DNA from: Candidatus Firestoneibacteriota bacterium
Lineage (GTDB): Bacteria; Oederibacteriota; D2-FULL-39-29; JBDRBU01
NCBI GenBank assembly: GCA_043822305.1
Contig: JBDRBU010000118.1
Coordinates: forward strand, 1 to 53,728
Length of the DNA: 53,728 nucleotides
Direction: 5' to 3'
Part shown: in pieces, positions 16,985 to 26,668 of the stretch
Position numbering within the stretch: position 1 is the first letter of the stretch
Layout: each line of letters starts with the position of its first letter
The notes under the pieces: generated by a model
What the model was told of the DNA's origin: nothing
Databases searched by the model: none
What the model saw: the letters and a program-made list of their open reading frames with translations, nothing else
Made by a program: the position numbers and the translations under genes

Positions 16985-19603
16985 ATGTGGGATTTATTAA
17001 AATCAATATTTGGCACTAAGAATGAGCGTGAAATAAAAAGATTTCAACCTTTAGTTGATAAGATTAATTCTTTAGAGCCGGGAATTCAAAAGTTAAGTGA
17101 TAATGAACTAAAGGATAAGACAAATGAGTTTAAAGAGCGACTGGCTAAAGGCGAGACATTAGATGATTTATTACCAGAGGCATATGCTGTTGTAAGAGAA
17201 ACAGCAAAAAGAACTATAGGGCAAAGGCATTTTGATGTCCAACTTATAGGTGGAATTGTTTTACATCAGGGAAGAATTGCGGAAATGAAAACAGGTGAAG
17301 GAAAGACGCTTGTTTCAACACTTCCAGTGTATCTTAACGCATTAACAGGTAAAGGCGTGCATATTATTACTGTAAATGATTATTTAGCTGAAAGAGACAG
17401 TTTTGGAAAGGGTAATTTCAAAGGGATGGGGAATATATACGGATTTTTAGGTTTAACATTTGGTTGTATAAGACATGACTCAACTCCAGATGAAAGAAAA
17501 GCTGCATATGGGTCAGATATTACATATGGCACAAATAATGAATTTGGTTTTGATTATTTAAGGGATAATATGGTTAGTTCTATTAATGATATTGTTCAAG
17601 GAGAATTAAACTATGCTATTGTTGATGAAGTTGATAGTATCTTAATAGATGAAGCCAGGACTCCGTTAATAATTTCAGGACCCGCTGAAGAATCTACAGA
17701 CAAATATTATAAAATGAATAGACTTGCACCATCTTTTGAAAAAGAAGTTGACTTTAAGATAGACGAAAAAACTAAAACAGTTTCCATTACAGAAGCAGGT
17801 GTGGCTAAGGCCGAGAAACTTACCGCGATTCCTAATCTTTTTGATGGACTTCACCTTGATTGGATACATCATTTAATCAATGCTTTAAGAGCACATATAT
17901 TTTTTAAAAGAGATGTTGATTACATGATTAAAGATGGTGAGGTTTTAATAGTTGATGAATTCACCGGAAGACTCATGCCGGGTAGACGATGGAGTGATGG
18001 ATTACATCAAGCCATTGAAGCCAAAGAAGGAGTTGAGATAAGAAGGGAAAATCAAACTCTGGCCACTATTACATTTCAAAATTATTTTAGAATGTATAAG
18101 AAATTATCTGGTATGACTGGAACGGCTGAGACGGAAGCAGTAGAGTTTATGCATATATACAAACTTGATGTAGTAATTGTTCCAACAAATAAACCAATGA
18201 TAAGAGTAGATTATCCTGATGTTGTTTATAAGACCAGAAAAGAAAAATTAAAAGCAATTGTTGAAGAAATAATTGAATTAAATAAAATAGGTAGACCTGT
18301 CTTAGTTGGAACAACTTCTATAGAGAGAAATGAGGAATTATCGCTTTTATTAAATAAAAGAGGTGTTAAACACCAACTTTTAAATGCAAAATTTCATGAG
18401 AAGGAAGCAGAAATTATATCATCAGCTGGACAAAGAGGTACTGTAACTGTTGCGACAAATATGGCTGGAAGAGGTACGGATATAGTCTTAGGCGAAGGAG
18501 TTGCTGTGATTGGCGGTTTGCATGTACTTGGAACTGAAAGACATGAGGCCAGAAGAATAGATAATCAACTTCGTGGTAGATGTGGAAGACAGGGTGACCT
18601 TGGTTCGTCAAGATTTTATTTAACTTTAGAAGATGATTTAATGAGAATATTTGGTGGGGAGAAAATTTTTGCTATTATGGATAGATTTGGGATGGAAGAA
18701 GACACCCAGATTACGCATCCCTGGATTTCAAGAACTATTGAGGGTGCACAAAAAAAGGTGGAAAATTATAACTTTGAAATTAGAAAACATTTACTTGAGT
18801 ACGATGATGTTATGAATAAGCAAAGAGAAGTAGTTTATAGCGAGAGAAAATTAACATTAGAAGGTAAGGATTTAAGGGGCCATATATTAAGATGGATAAG
18901 TGATAATGTGGAAATTCTAATTGATACATATGCTCCGGAAAAGGCTTCTCCATATGAATGGGATTTAGATGAAATTAAATCTCGTGTAGGAGACTTATTT
19001 ACTATTGATTTATATTTAAAAAAAGAAGAAATTCTTAAAATGAGAAGAGAAGCTTTAAAGGCGAATATTGAAGAAGATATTAAGAAAAAGTATGAAACTA
19101 AAGTTGAATCAATAGGTTCTGAACTGTTTAATCAGGTTGAAAAAATGGTTATGCTTCAAGTGGTGGATTCAAAATGGAAAGACCATTTATATAATATGGA
19201 CCAATTGAAAGAGGGTATTGGACTTAGAGGATATGCCGGTAAAGACCCTTTAATTGAATATAAAAGAGAAGGTTATGAAATGTTTATGGATATGATCTCG
19301 AGGATAAAAGAAGAGGTAGTTAAATATTTATTCAGAATTCAAATAAAGTCAGAAGAAAGACCATCTTTTGGGGTAACAGCTGATAAGAGACTAACCAATG
19401 TGCAATATCAACATAAAGAGGTTGAACAGTTTAATGTTGTTGCTGAAAGAGCGCGAAGGCATTCGCCTACGAGAGAAATGGAAGCAGAACCAGAGCATAA
19501 ACTCCTGCCTGTAAAAAGAACCAGCCCTAAAGTTGGAAGAAACGACCCTTGTCCTTGCGGGAGTGGAAAAAAATACAAAAAATGCTGCGGTAATAAATTA
19601 TGA
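16985..19603 (+). CDS. secA: Preprotein translocase subunit SecA
   Basis: [39 protein letters not shown]-terminal [23 protein letters not shown]. Confidence 0.99.
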   Translation: MWDLLKSIFGTKNEREIKRFQPLVDKINSLEPGIQKLSDNELKDKTNEFKERLAKGETLDDLLPEAYAVVRETAKRTIGQRHFDVQLIGGIVLHQGRIAEMKTGEGKTLVSTLPVYLNALTGKGVHIITVNDYLAERDSFGKGNFKGMGNIYGFLGLTFGCIRHDSTPDERKAAYGSDITYGTNNEFGFDYLRDNMVSSINDIVQGELNYAIVDEVDSILIDEARTPLIISGPAEESTDKYYKMNRLAPSFEKEVDFKIDEKTKTVSITEAGVAKAEKLTAIPNLFDGLHLDWIHHLINALRAHIFFKRDVDYMIKDGEVLIVDEFTGRLMPGRRWSDGLHQAIEAKEGVEIRRENQTLATITFQNYFRMYKKLSGMTGTAETEAVEFMHIYKLDVVIVPTNKPMIRVDYPDVVYKTRKEKLKAIVEEIIELNKIGRPVLVGTTSIERNEELSLLLNKRGVKHQLLNAKFHEKEAEIISSAGQRGTVTVATNMAGRGTDIVLGEGVAVIGGLHVLGTERHEARRIDNQLRGRCGRQGDLGSSRFYLTLEDDLMRIFGGEKIFAIMDRFGMEEDTQITHPWISRTIEGAQKKVENYNFEIRKHLLEYDDVMNKQREVVYSERKLTLEGKDLRGHILRWISDNVEILIDTYAPEKASPYEWDLDEIKSRVGDLFTIDLYLKKEEILKMRREALKANIEEDIKKKYETKVESIGSELFNQVEKMVMLQVVDSKWKDHLYNMDQLKEGIGLRGYAGKDPLIEYKREGYEMFMDMISRIKEEVVKYLFRIQIKSEERPSFGVTADKRLTNVQYQHKEVEQFNVVAERARRHSPTREMEAEPEHKLLPVKRTSPKVGRNDPCPCGSGKKYKKCCGNKL

Positions 19604-21135
19604 AAATTAAAAATATATTTTTAGCCATACTTTCTGGTTTTCTTTTAATTTTAAGTTTTCCGAATTTTTTTAGTCTCTCTTTAAGTAAATGGCCTGGTTT
19701 TATGGCCTGGATTGCTTTAATTCCTTTGTTTTGTGCTAATTACAACAAAGATTTTAAGGATTCTTTTAAATTAGGTTTTATATGTGGGTTTGTATTTTTT
19801 GCAGGAACATTATACTGGATTACATTTATAAAAGAAATGGGCTCCCTTGCATATTTATCGTGGATTTTATTAAGTTTATATCTTGGACTTTATGTTGGTG
19901 TTTTTTGTTCCTTGCTTAGTTTTACAAATCTTCTCTTTGCCCCCTTTTTATGGGTTACTTTTGAATTTGCCAGAGCGCATTTTCTTTCTGGTTTTCCTTG
20001 GGTGCTCATAGGATATTCTCAGTTTGGAAATATACCCTTAATTCAAATATCTTCATTTACTGGAGTATATGGGATCTCATTCTTAGTTGTTTTAATTAAT
20101 GCGGGTATCGCTTACTTTTTTTTAAATGTTTTTAAAGGCAGTAGAGTATTTCTTGTCCTTACAGTTACTATAATTATTTTTATAATCTGTTATGCATATG
20201 GACTTATGATGATTGCTGGTTATGTTACAAAGGATGAATACGAAAAAAGTTCGAAATTAGCAGAAGATATTGATAGAAGAATTAAAGTTTCAGTTCTGCA
20301 AGGTAATATTGAGCAAGATCAGAAATGGAGTGAAGAGTATGCAGATAAGACATTTAATATTTATGAAGGGTTAACCAAGGAAGCAAGTAAAGATAGCCCT
20401 GAACTTATAATCTGGCCTGAAACAGCGGCGCCGATTTATTTAAAATATGATAAGAAAAATTTTAAAAAGGTTAAAAAAATTGTTGAATCGGGTAATACAT
20501 ATTCATTAATTGGAGCGCCTGATGCTTTTATTGATAAAGACTATAATATTAAAGAGTCTTTTAATTCGGCATTTCTTGTATCTAAAGAAGGCAGGATTTT
20601 AAGCAAGTATGATAAAATTCACTTAGTGCCTTTTGGTGAGTATGTCCCGTATAAGGATGTTTTTCCTTTTATACAGAAATTAACCAAAGGTACGAGTGAT
20701 TTTAGTTCGGGCGGTATGTATACGGTTTTTAATGGTCCTGATAAATTTTCGGTTTTAATTTGCTGGGAAGTTATATTTCCGGAACCTGCCAGAAAATTTG
20801 TAAAAAATGGAGCAAATTTTTTGGTTACAATTTCTAACGATGCCTGGTATAGAAAATCAGCTGCCCCATATCAACATTTCATTACTTTGCCATTTAGAGC
20901 AGTAGAAAACAAGGTAAATATAATAAGAGCAGCCAATACAGGGGTAAGCGGATTTGTTGATTATAAAGGTGAAATTTTAGATTATTTAGATATATTTAAA
21001 AAGGGTAAATTAACTTCTTCAATTGTGATGAGGAATGAAGTAACCTTTTACAATAAATTTGGTGATTGGTTTGTAAAAATCTGCGCCATAATTGCAGCCA
21101 TAGGTGTAATATTTATTAAAAAATACAGGGAATAA
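19600..21135 (+). CDS. lnt: Apolipoprotein N-acyltransferase
   Basis: N-terminal TM segments; [49 protein letters not shown]. Confidence 0.95.
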   Translation: MKIKNIFLAILSGFLLILSFPNFFSLSLSKWPGFMAWIALIPLFCANYNKDFKDSFKLGFICGFVFFAGTLYWITFIKEMGSLAYLSWILLSLYLGLYVGVFCSLLSFTNLLFAPFLWVTFEFARAHFLSGFPWVLIGYSQFGNIPLIQISSFTGVYGISFLVVLINAGIAYFFLNVFKGSRVFLVLTVTIIIFIICYAYGLMMIAGYVTKDEYEKSSKLAEDIDRRIKVSVLQGNIEQDQKWSEEYADKTFNIYEGLTKEASKDSPELIIWPETAAPIYLKYDKKNFKKVKKIVESGNTYSLIGAPDAFIDKDYNIKESFNSAFLVSKEGRILSKYDKIHLVPFGEYVPYKDVFPFIQKLTKGTSDFSSGGMYTVFNGPDKFSVLICWEVIFPEPARKFVKNGANFLVTISNDAWYRKSAAPYQHFITLPFRAVENKVNIIRAANTGVSGFVDYKGEILDYLDIFKKGKLTSSIVMRNEVTFYNKFGDWFVKICAIIAAIGVIFIKKYRE

Positions 21136-21161
21136 AGATAACATTACGGATTAATAAAAAT

Positions 21162-22619
21162 ATGAATAAAAATCTTAAAATACTTTTTGTGTCTTCTGAG
21201 GTTGTTCCATATGCAAAAACAGGTGGGCTTGCATATGTTGCGGAATCTTTACCAAAAACGATATCTCAACTTGGACATGATATAAGAATTGTTTTACCAA
21301 AGTATAAATCAGTTGATGATAAGAAATTTAGTTTATCATATGTTTGTGAATTAAATAAAAGCGGCTCATTAAAAGTTGCTAATTTACCCGAGACTAATAT
21401 AAAAGTTTATTTTATACAAAATGATAAATATTACAATAGGGACAGGTTATATGGTACAGAAAAAGGTGATTATCCTGATAATGCTGAAAGGTTTATTTAT
21501 TTTTGTAAATCCACCCTTGAGTTCTTAAAAAAAATAGACTGGAAACCGGACTGTATTCATTTGAATGATTGGCCGTGTGGACTGGTACCGGTTTACCTTG
21601 AATTATTAGCAGAAAAAGATAATTTTTATAAAAATATGGCCACAGTTTGGACAATCCATAATCTTGCATATCAGGGAATCTTTTCCAAGGAGATAATGAA
21701 AATAGCAGAACTACCGTTGAGTTTATTTACATTAGATAAATTAGAATTCTGGGGTATGATTAATTTTATGAAGGCGGGTCTAATTTTTTCTGATTTAATA
21801 AGCACAGTTAGTGAGGCATATAGTAAGGAAATTCAAAACGGGGACGAGTTTGGTATGGGATTAGAAGGGGTTTTAAAGGAGAGGAGTAAAGACCTTTATG
21901 GTATAATTAATGGTATTGACTATAATCAATGGAATCCAGAGACTGATAAAAATTTGCCACTAACTTATAATATTGCAAGTATAAGTAAGAAATTAGAAAT
22001 AAAGAAACATCTGTTAAATAAGTTTAACATTCCATTTAATATTAATACGGCTACTATTGGTCTGGTAACTAGATTGGATAATCAAAAAGGTATTGATATA
22101 TTTATAGAGTCAATAGACGATTTGATGAAGTTAAATGTTCGGTTTATAATTCTGGGAAGTGGTGAAAGAAAATATCATGAGTCACTCAAAATGTTAAGTA
22201 AAAAATATCCGGAAAAAATTTGCATTAGTTTAAAATTTGATGAAAAGCTGGCTCATATAATTTATTCAGGTTCGGATTTTATTTTAATGCCGTCTAAATT
22301 TGAACCGTGTGGTCTGGCCCAACTTATAAGTTTCAGATACGGAACAGTTCCAATCGTAAGGGCAGTTGGTGGACTGGCTGATACTGTTAAAAACTTTGAT
22401 ATAAATCGAAAAACTGGCTCAGGGTTTACATTTTCAGATTACTCATCAAAAGCATTAATAGGTGCTGTAAAGAATGCACTAGAAGTTTATAATGATAAAA
22501 AGATATGGTCAAAGTTGATCGTCAAAAATATGAAATTAGATTTTTCATGGAAAAAATCAGCAGAAAAATACATTGAATTGTATGGAAAAGCAATAAGAAA
22601 AAATACATTTAAAATGTGA
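21162..22619 (+). CDS. glgA: Glycogen synthase (GT5)
   Basis: SSEVVPYAKTGGL, TIHNLAYQG, GIINGID, MPSKFEPCGLAQL, GGLADTV. Confidence 0.92.
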   Translation: MNKNLKILFVSSEVVPYAKTGGLAYVAESLPKTISQLGHDIRIVLPKYKSVDDKKFSLSYVCELNKSGSLKVANLPETNIKVYFIQNDKYYNRDRLYGTEKGDYPDNAERFIYFCKSTLEFLKKIDWKPDCIHLNDWPCGLVPVYLELLAEKDNFYKNMATVWTIHNLAYQGIFSKEIMKIAELPLSLFTLDKLEFWGMINFMKAGLIFSDLISTVSEAYSKEIQNGDEFGMGLEGVLKERSKDLYGIINGIDYNQWNPETDKNLPLTYNIASISKKLEIKKHLLNKFNIPFNINTATIGLVTRLDNQKGIDIFIESIDDLMKLNVRFIILGSGERKYHESLKMLSKKYPEKICISLKFDEKLAHIIYSGSDFILMPSKFEPCGLAQLISFRYGTVPIVRAVGGLADTVKNFDINRKTGSGFTFSDYSSKALIGAVKNALEVYNDKKIWSKLIVKNMKLDFSWKKSAEKYIELYGKAIRKNTFKM

Positions 22620-22644
22620 CAAAACTATTTTTTTATGATATACT
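22616..22644 (+). promoter_or_regulatory. Promoter of the toxin-antitoxin pair
   Basis: GTGACA, 17 bp, TATACT with a TG extension. Confidence 0.55.
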
Positions 22645-22680
22645 ATATATAAAGAAATTGTATAAAAAGGGAGGAAGGTT

Positions 22681-22935
22681 ATGAAAGTTAGAAGTTTATT
22701 TTATATAGATGAAAAGTATAAAAAGGATATAAAGGAGATTCATAAAACATACCACAAAAGTTTAAGTGAACTTGTAGAAGAAGGGCTTAAAGTTATAATT
22801 CCAAAATATACAAATAAGCCAATAACATTAAAAGAATCAATTACAGCTACATATGGTGCTAGTACAACTATCAAAAATATGCGGGACGAGTCTAACAAAG
22901 ATTTCGTTAAACGTGCAAAAAGGTTAGGGCTATAA
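22681..22935 (+). CDS. Putative antitoxin (RHH-like) of a VapBC pair
   Basis: 84 aa, beta-strand then helices (KSLSELVEEGL); stop overlaps the start of the PIN gene. Confidence 0.65.
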   Translation: MKVRSLFYIDEKYKKDIKEIHKTYHKSLSELVEEGLKVIIPKYTNKPITLKESITATYGASTTIKNMRDESNKDFVKRAKRLGL

Positions 22936-23381
22936 TGGAAGAACAGACGAAATATGGTCAGGCGAAATATGGTATAGAAAGGACAAAGTATCTTATAGAT
23001 ACTGATGTTTTAATTAATCATATAAACAAAAAAAAAGATACTCTTATTAAACTTTCAGAAAGAGAAAATATTATTCTTTCTTTAAGTGTGTTAAATAAAT
23101 TTGAATTATATCGAGGTGCTAGAACAATAAAAGACAAAGATATTATAAATGATATTGTGAGATTTTTTGATGTAATTATTGTTGATGATCAGATAGCAGA
23201 AAAAGCCGCCGAACTATCACAATTAGGTAATTTATATTCTCTGGGTATAATGGATCTTATTATAGCCGCAACCTGTATATTACACAACTTAATTTTAGTA
23301 ACAGAAAACAAAAAACATTTTAAGTTAATCCCGGAAATTGAAATATACGAAAAAGAGAAATACGAGGAGGCGATAAAATGA
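22935..23381 (+). CDS. vapC: PIN-domain VapC toxin
   Basis: YLIDTDVLI, FELYRG, MDLIIAAT, LVTENKKHF. Confidence 0.88.
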   Translation: MEEQTKYGQAKYGIERTKYLIDTDVLINHINKKKDTLIKLSERENIILSLSVLNKFELYRGARTIKDKDIINDIVRFFDVIIVDDQIAEKAAELSQLGNLYSLGIMDLIIAATCILHNLILVTENKKHFKLIPEIEIYEKEKYEEAIK

Positions 23382-23572
23382 AAAAAATGATTATTGTTAC
23401 CACGGTAATATGTTTTATTTTTTCCCCTGTTATTGGTTTAGGAGAAATAATACAATTAAAAGATGGACAAGAGGTTAGAGGTGAAATTACTTCTTCAGAT
23501 AAGGATAAAGTAAAAGTTAAAACTATTTATGGAGAGATTCAAATAGATAAATCGCAGACACAAGCAAAATGA
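23378..23572 (+). CDS. Small secreted protein, possibly the truncated 5' remnant of a larger gene
   Basis: RBS gaggagg; signal peptide; IIQLKDGQEVRGEI...VKTIYGEIQIDKS small beta-domain that ends abruptly. Confidence 0.5.
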   Translation: MKKMIIVTTVICFIFSPVIGLGEIIQLKDGQEVRGEITSSDKDKVKVKTIYGEIQIDKSQTQAK

Positions 23573-24462
23573 CAAACAAAAACATGAAAAAGAAAGAACA
23601 AATACTTGCGTATATTTTTTTAATTCCTGCGGGAGTAATAATTCTTGTTTTTTATATATTTCCAACATTTTACTCGTGGTGGATAAGTTTATTTAACTGG
23701 GACCTCATATTAAAGATCAAAGAATTCACAGGAATTAAAAATTATGTTAATCTTTTTTCTGATTTTGAATTTTGGAAATCATTATTTAACACATTTTATT
23801 TTGCTCTAGGAACAATCCCGGCCAGTATAATTATCTCTTTAATTATAGCTATATGTTTAAATTCTAAAATAAGGGGATTGTCTTTTTATAGAACTGTTTA
23901 TTTTCTGCCAGTAATAACTTCTATAAATGCAGTGGCCATGATATGGCTTTATATTTATCATCCTGATACAGGATTACTGAATTATTTACTTAGTTTATTT
24001 AATATTTCATCACAAAAATGGTTGCTTGATCCGGTTTTAGCCATGCCAGCCGTAATTTTAATGAGTATCTGGAAGAATTTGGGCTATGATATAATAATTT
24101 TCTTAGTAGGACTTCAAAGTATACCCAAAGAATACTATGAAGCAGCCCAGATAGATGGTGCAAATACATTTAAAGCATTTAAGTATATTACGCTTCCACT
24201 TCTTATGCCCACATTGTTTTTTGTGGCCATTGTATCCTTAATAAGTTCTTTCCATACTTTTACTCAGGTATTTATGCTGACCAGAGATGGTGGACCTCTT
24301 CATTCAACATCAGTAATTGTATATTATTTATATGAGAATGCATTTGTGTTTCAAAAGATGAGTTATGCTTGCACAGTATCTGTTGTAATATTTATTATTG
24401 TTTTTAGTTTAACTTTAATTCAATATAAATTTTGGGGAGAAAAAGTACACTACGAAGTATGA
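23569..24462 (+). CDS. Carbohydrate ABC transporter permease (UgpA/MalF-like)
   Basis: Six TM segments; EAA loop LQSIPKEYYEAAQIDGA. Confidence 0.93.
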   Translation: MTNKNMKKKEQILAYIFLIPAGVIILVFYIFPTFYSWWISLFNWDLILKIKEFTGIKNYVNLFSDFEFWKSLFNTFYFALGTIPASIIISLIIAICLNSKIRGLSFYRTVYFLPVITSINAVAMIWLYIYHPDTGLLNYLLSLFNISSQKWLLDPVLAMPAVILMSIWKNLGYDIIIFLVGLQSIPKEYYEAAQIDGANTFKAFKYITLPLLMPTLFFVAIVSLISSFHTFTQVFMLTRDGGPLHSTSVIVYYLYENAFVFQKMSYACTVSVVIFIIVFSLTLIQYKFWGEKVHYEV

Positions 24463-25265
24463 AAAAAATTTTAGTATATTTTATTTTAACTATGGGTGCG
24501 CTCATTATGATCGGTCCGTTTTTATGGATGATTTTAACTTCATTGAAATCTCAATCAGAAGTTCTTATGATGCCTCCCAGATTGATACCATCAAGATTAA
24601 ATTTTGAAAATTATCTGGAATCCTTCACGGCGGCACCATTTGCTAGATACTTTTTTAATAGTATATTTGTGACTGTGGCCAATACAGTACTTACGGTCTT
24701 TACTTCGGCTTTAGCCGGTTATGCGTTTGCTATATTAAGTTTTAAGGGCAGGAATATTTTGTTTTTAATATTTCTGGGGACAATGATGATTCCCATGGAA
24801 ATAATCTTAATTCCTAATTATTTTATATTAAAAAATTTAGGATGGCTTGATACTTATTTTGCCTTAATTATTCCCTGGTCAGCATCTGTCTTTGGTATAT
24901 TTCTAATGAGACAATTCTTTAGAACTTTACCCAAAGAATTATTTGAGTCAGCCAGTATAGATGGCTGTAGTCACTGGCAGATACTATGGAAGATAGTTTT
25001 CCCAATATCAAAGCCAGTCTTCATAAGTGTAGGGCTTTTTTCAATGATAGGAAGTTGGAATGCATTTCTTTGGCCGTTAATTATGACCAGTAGTGAAGGG
25101 ATGAGGACGATACCAGTAGGATTATCAACTTTCACATCAGAATTTGGTACCAGATTTCATTTAATGATGGCCGCGGCAACATTTACAACAGTTCCAGTAA
25201 TTGTAGTTTATTTATTTGCCCAAAGATATTTTATGGAAGGTATTTCTACGAGTGGAATAAAATAA
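24459..25265 (+). CDS. Carbohydrate ABC transporter permease (UgpE/MalG-like)
   Basis: FFRTLPKELFESASIDGC, WNAFLWPL; start at the ATGA overlap 24459. Confidence 0.93.
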   Translation: MKKILVYFILTMGALIMIGPFLWMILTSLKSQSEVLMMPPRLIPSRLNFENYLESFTAAPFARYFFNSIFVTVANTVLTVFTSALAGYAFAILSFKGRNILFLIFLGTMMIPMEIILIPNYFILKNLGWLDTYFALIIPWSASVFGIFLMRQFFRTLPKELFESASIDGCSHWQILWKIVFPISKPVFISVGLFSMIGSWNAFLWPLIMTSSEGMRTIPVGLSTFTSEFGTRFHLMMAAATFTTVPVIVVYLFAQRYFMEGISTSGIK

Positions 25266-25282
25266 AAAAAGGAGGAATTATT

Positions 25283-26575
25283 ATGTTGCAAAATAAAGTT
25301 ATTAAAACTTGTGTGACTTTTTTTACTTTAGTTACTTCTTTTACTGTTGTTTTTTTGGTCGGATGTTCTAATGTTGACAAGAAAGTAGTGATAACATTCT
25401 GGCATTCAATGGCAGATCCTAAAGATAAAGTTTTAACTTCTTTAATAAATGATTTTGAAAAGAGCCATCCTAATATAAAGATAAAATCTCAATATGTGGG
25501 CACATATGATGAATTGCTTTTAAAACTTTCTGCGGGTATAGCTGCGGGTAATCCGCCCGATATATCTCAGGTTTATGAAAACTGGACAACAAGATTTAAA
25601 GAAGCATCGGCCATAATACCCATAGATAATTTAATAAAAGAGTATGGGGGATTAACAAAAGAAGATTTAAATGATGTTTATCCAATATTTATTAAAAACA
25701 ATAGTTACGATAATACTCTTTGGACATTCCCTTTTAATAAAAGTATATATATGTTTTATTATAATGCTTCAATATTTAGAAAAAGTAATGTTTCTTCTCC
25801 AAAAAATATTAATGAATTTTTAGAAGTATGTAAGAAATTAACTAAAAAAGATACGAAAGGTAAAATCATTCAATATGGATTTGGATTTAGAGCTAATGTT
25901 GATATTTTCGCAATTTTATATTATTTAAATAATGGTAAGTTTTTTAATGAGAAAGAAACCAGAGCGATATTTAATAACGAAACCGGCAAGGAAGTTTTAC
26001 AGTTTATAGTCGATTTAGTAAATAAATATAAAGTTGCTTATTATACAAAAGATTATCTTGATAATGATTTTGCTTCCGGCAGGATGGTATCTTTTATTGC
26101 AACTAATCCTCACCGGACATATCTACAACCATTACTTTCTTTTCCATTGGGAGTTGCTCCGCTTCCTTTGTGGAAGATTCGAACTGCTCCTATAGCCGGA
26201 ACAAATTTGGCTGTTTTTTCCAAAAAAGGTAATGGTCTAAAGATTAAGCAAAGAGCATGCTGGGAGTTTATAAAGTATCTAACGGCAACTGAGAATACTG
26301 TTAAGTGGGCTATAGGAACTTCTTACCTGCCGGTGCGTAAATCCGCTTTGAAAAATGAAATCATGAAAGAACACTTACAGAAGCAACCTCTTGATCTGGT
26401 GGCTATAAAACAACTTGATAATGCTATTTGTGATCCAAGGGTTAAAGTCTGGCAGGAAGTTAGAACATATATAAGCGAAGCAGTTGAGAAAGCATTGCTG
26501 AGAAAGGGGACACCATCAGAAGCATTGGATGAAGCAGTAAAGAAAGTAAATAAATTACTTGAGGAAGCAAAATGA
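25283..26575 (+). CDS. ABC transporter substrate-binding lipoprotein (UgpB-like)
   Basis: Lipobox LVGC; ITFWHSM, AGNPPDI, PFNKS, YLPVRKSA; no ATPase gene in the cluster. Confidence 0.9.
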   Translation: MLQNKVIKTCVTFFTLVTSFTVVFLVGCSNVDKKVVITFWHSMADPKDKVLTSLINDFEKSHPNIKIKSQYVGTYDELLLKLSAGIAAGNPPDISQVYENWTTRFKEASAIIPIDNLIKEYGGLTKEDLNDVYPIFIKNNSYDNTLWTFPFNKSIYMFYYNASIFRKSNVSSPKNINEFLEVCKKLTKKDTKGKIIQYGFGFRANVDIFAILYYLNNGKFFNEKETRAIFNNETGKEVLQFIVDLVNKYKVAYYTKDYLDNDFASGRMVSFIATNPHRTYLQPLLSFPLGVAPLPLWKIRTAPIAGTNLAVFSKKGNGLKIKQRACWEFIKYLTATENTVKWAIGTSYLPVRKSALKNEIMKEHLQKQPLDLVAIKQLDNAICDPRVKVWQEVRTYISEAVEKALLRKGTPSEALDEAVKKVNKLLEEAK

Positions 26576-26623
26576 AGATCTTTTAAAATGGTGAATTATA
26601 ATAGTAAATAGTCAGTGAAGGAT

Positions 26624-26657
26624 GTAGTTGCCTGATTTAGACGTTCACTTTTTAAAG
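26624..26657 (+). repeat. Internally deleted GTAGTTGCC REP element upstream of hsdM
   Basis: gtagttgcctgattta identical to 45196-45211, followed by ttcactttttaaag resembling ttcactttaaag at 45266-45277. Confidence 0.55.
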
Positions 26658-26668
26658 AGAGGGAAGAT

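Noticed and set aside
23569..26575. ABC transporter missing its ATPase as a sign of decay
   Set aside because: Carbohydrate ABC systems commonly share an MsmK/MalK-type ATPase encoded elsewhere.
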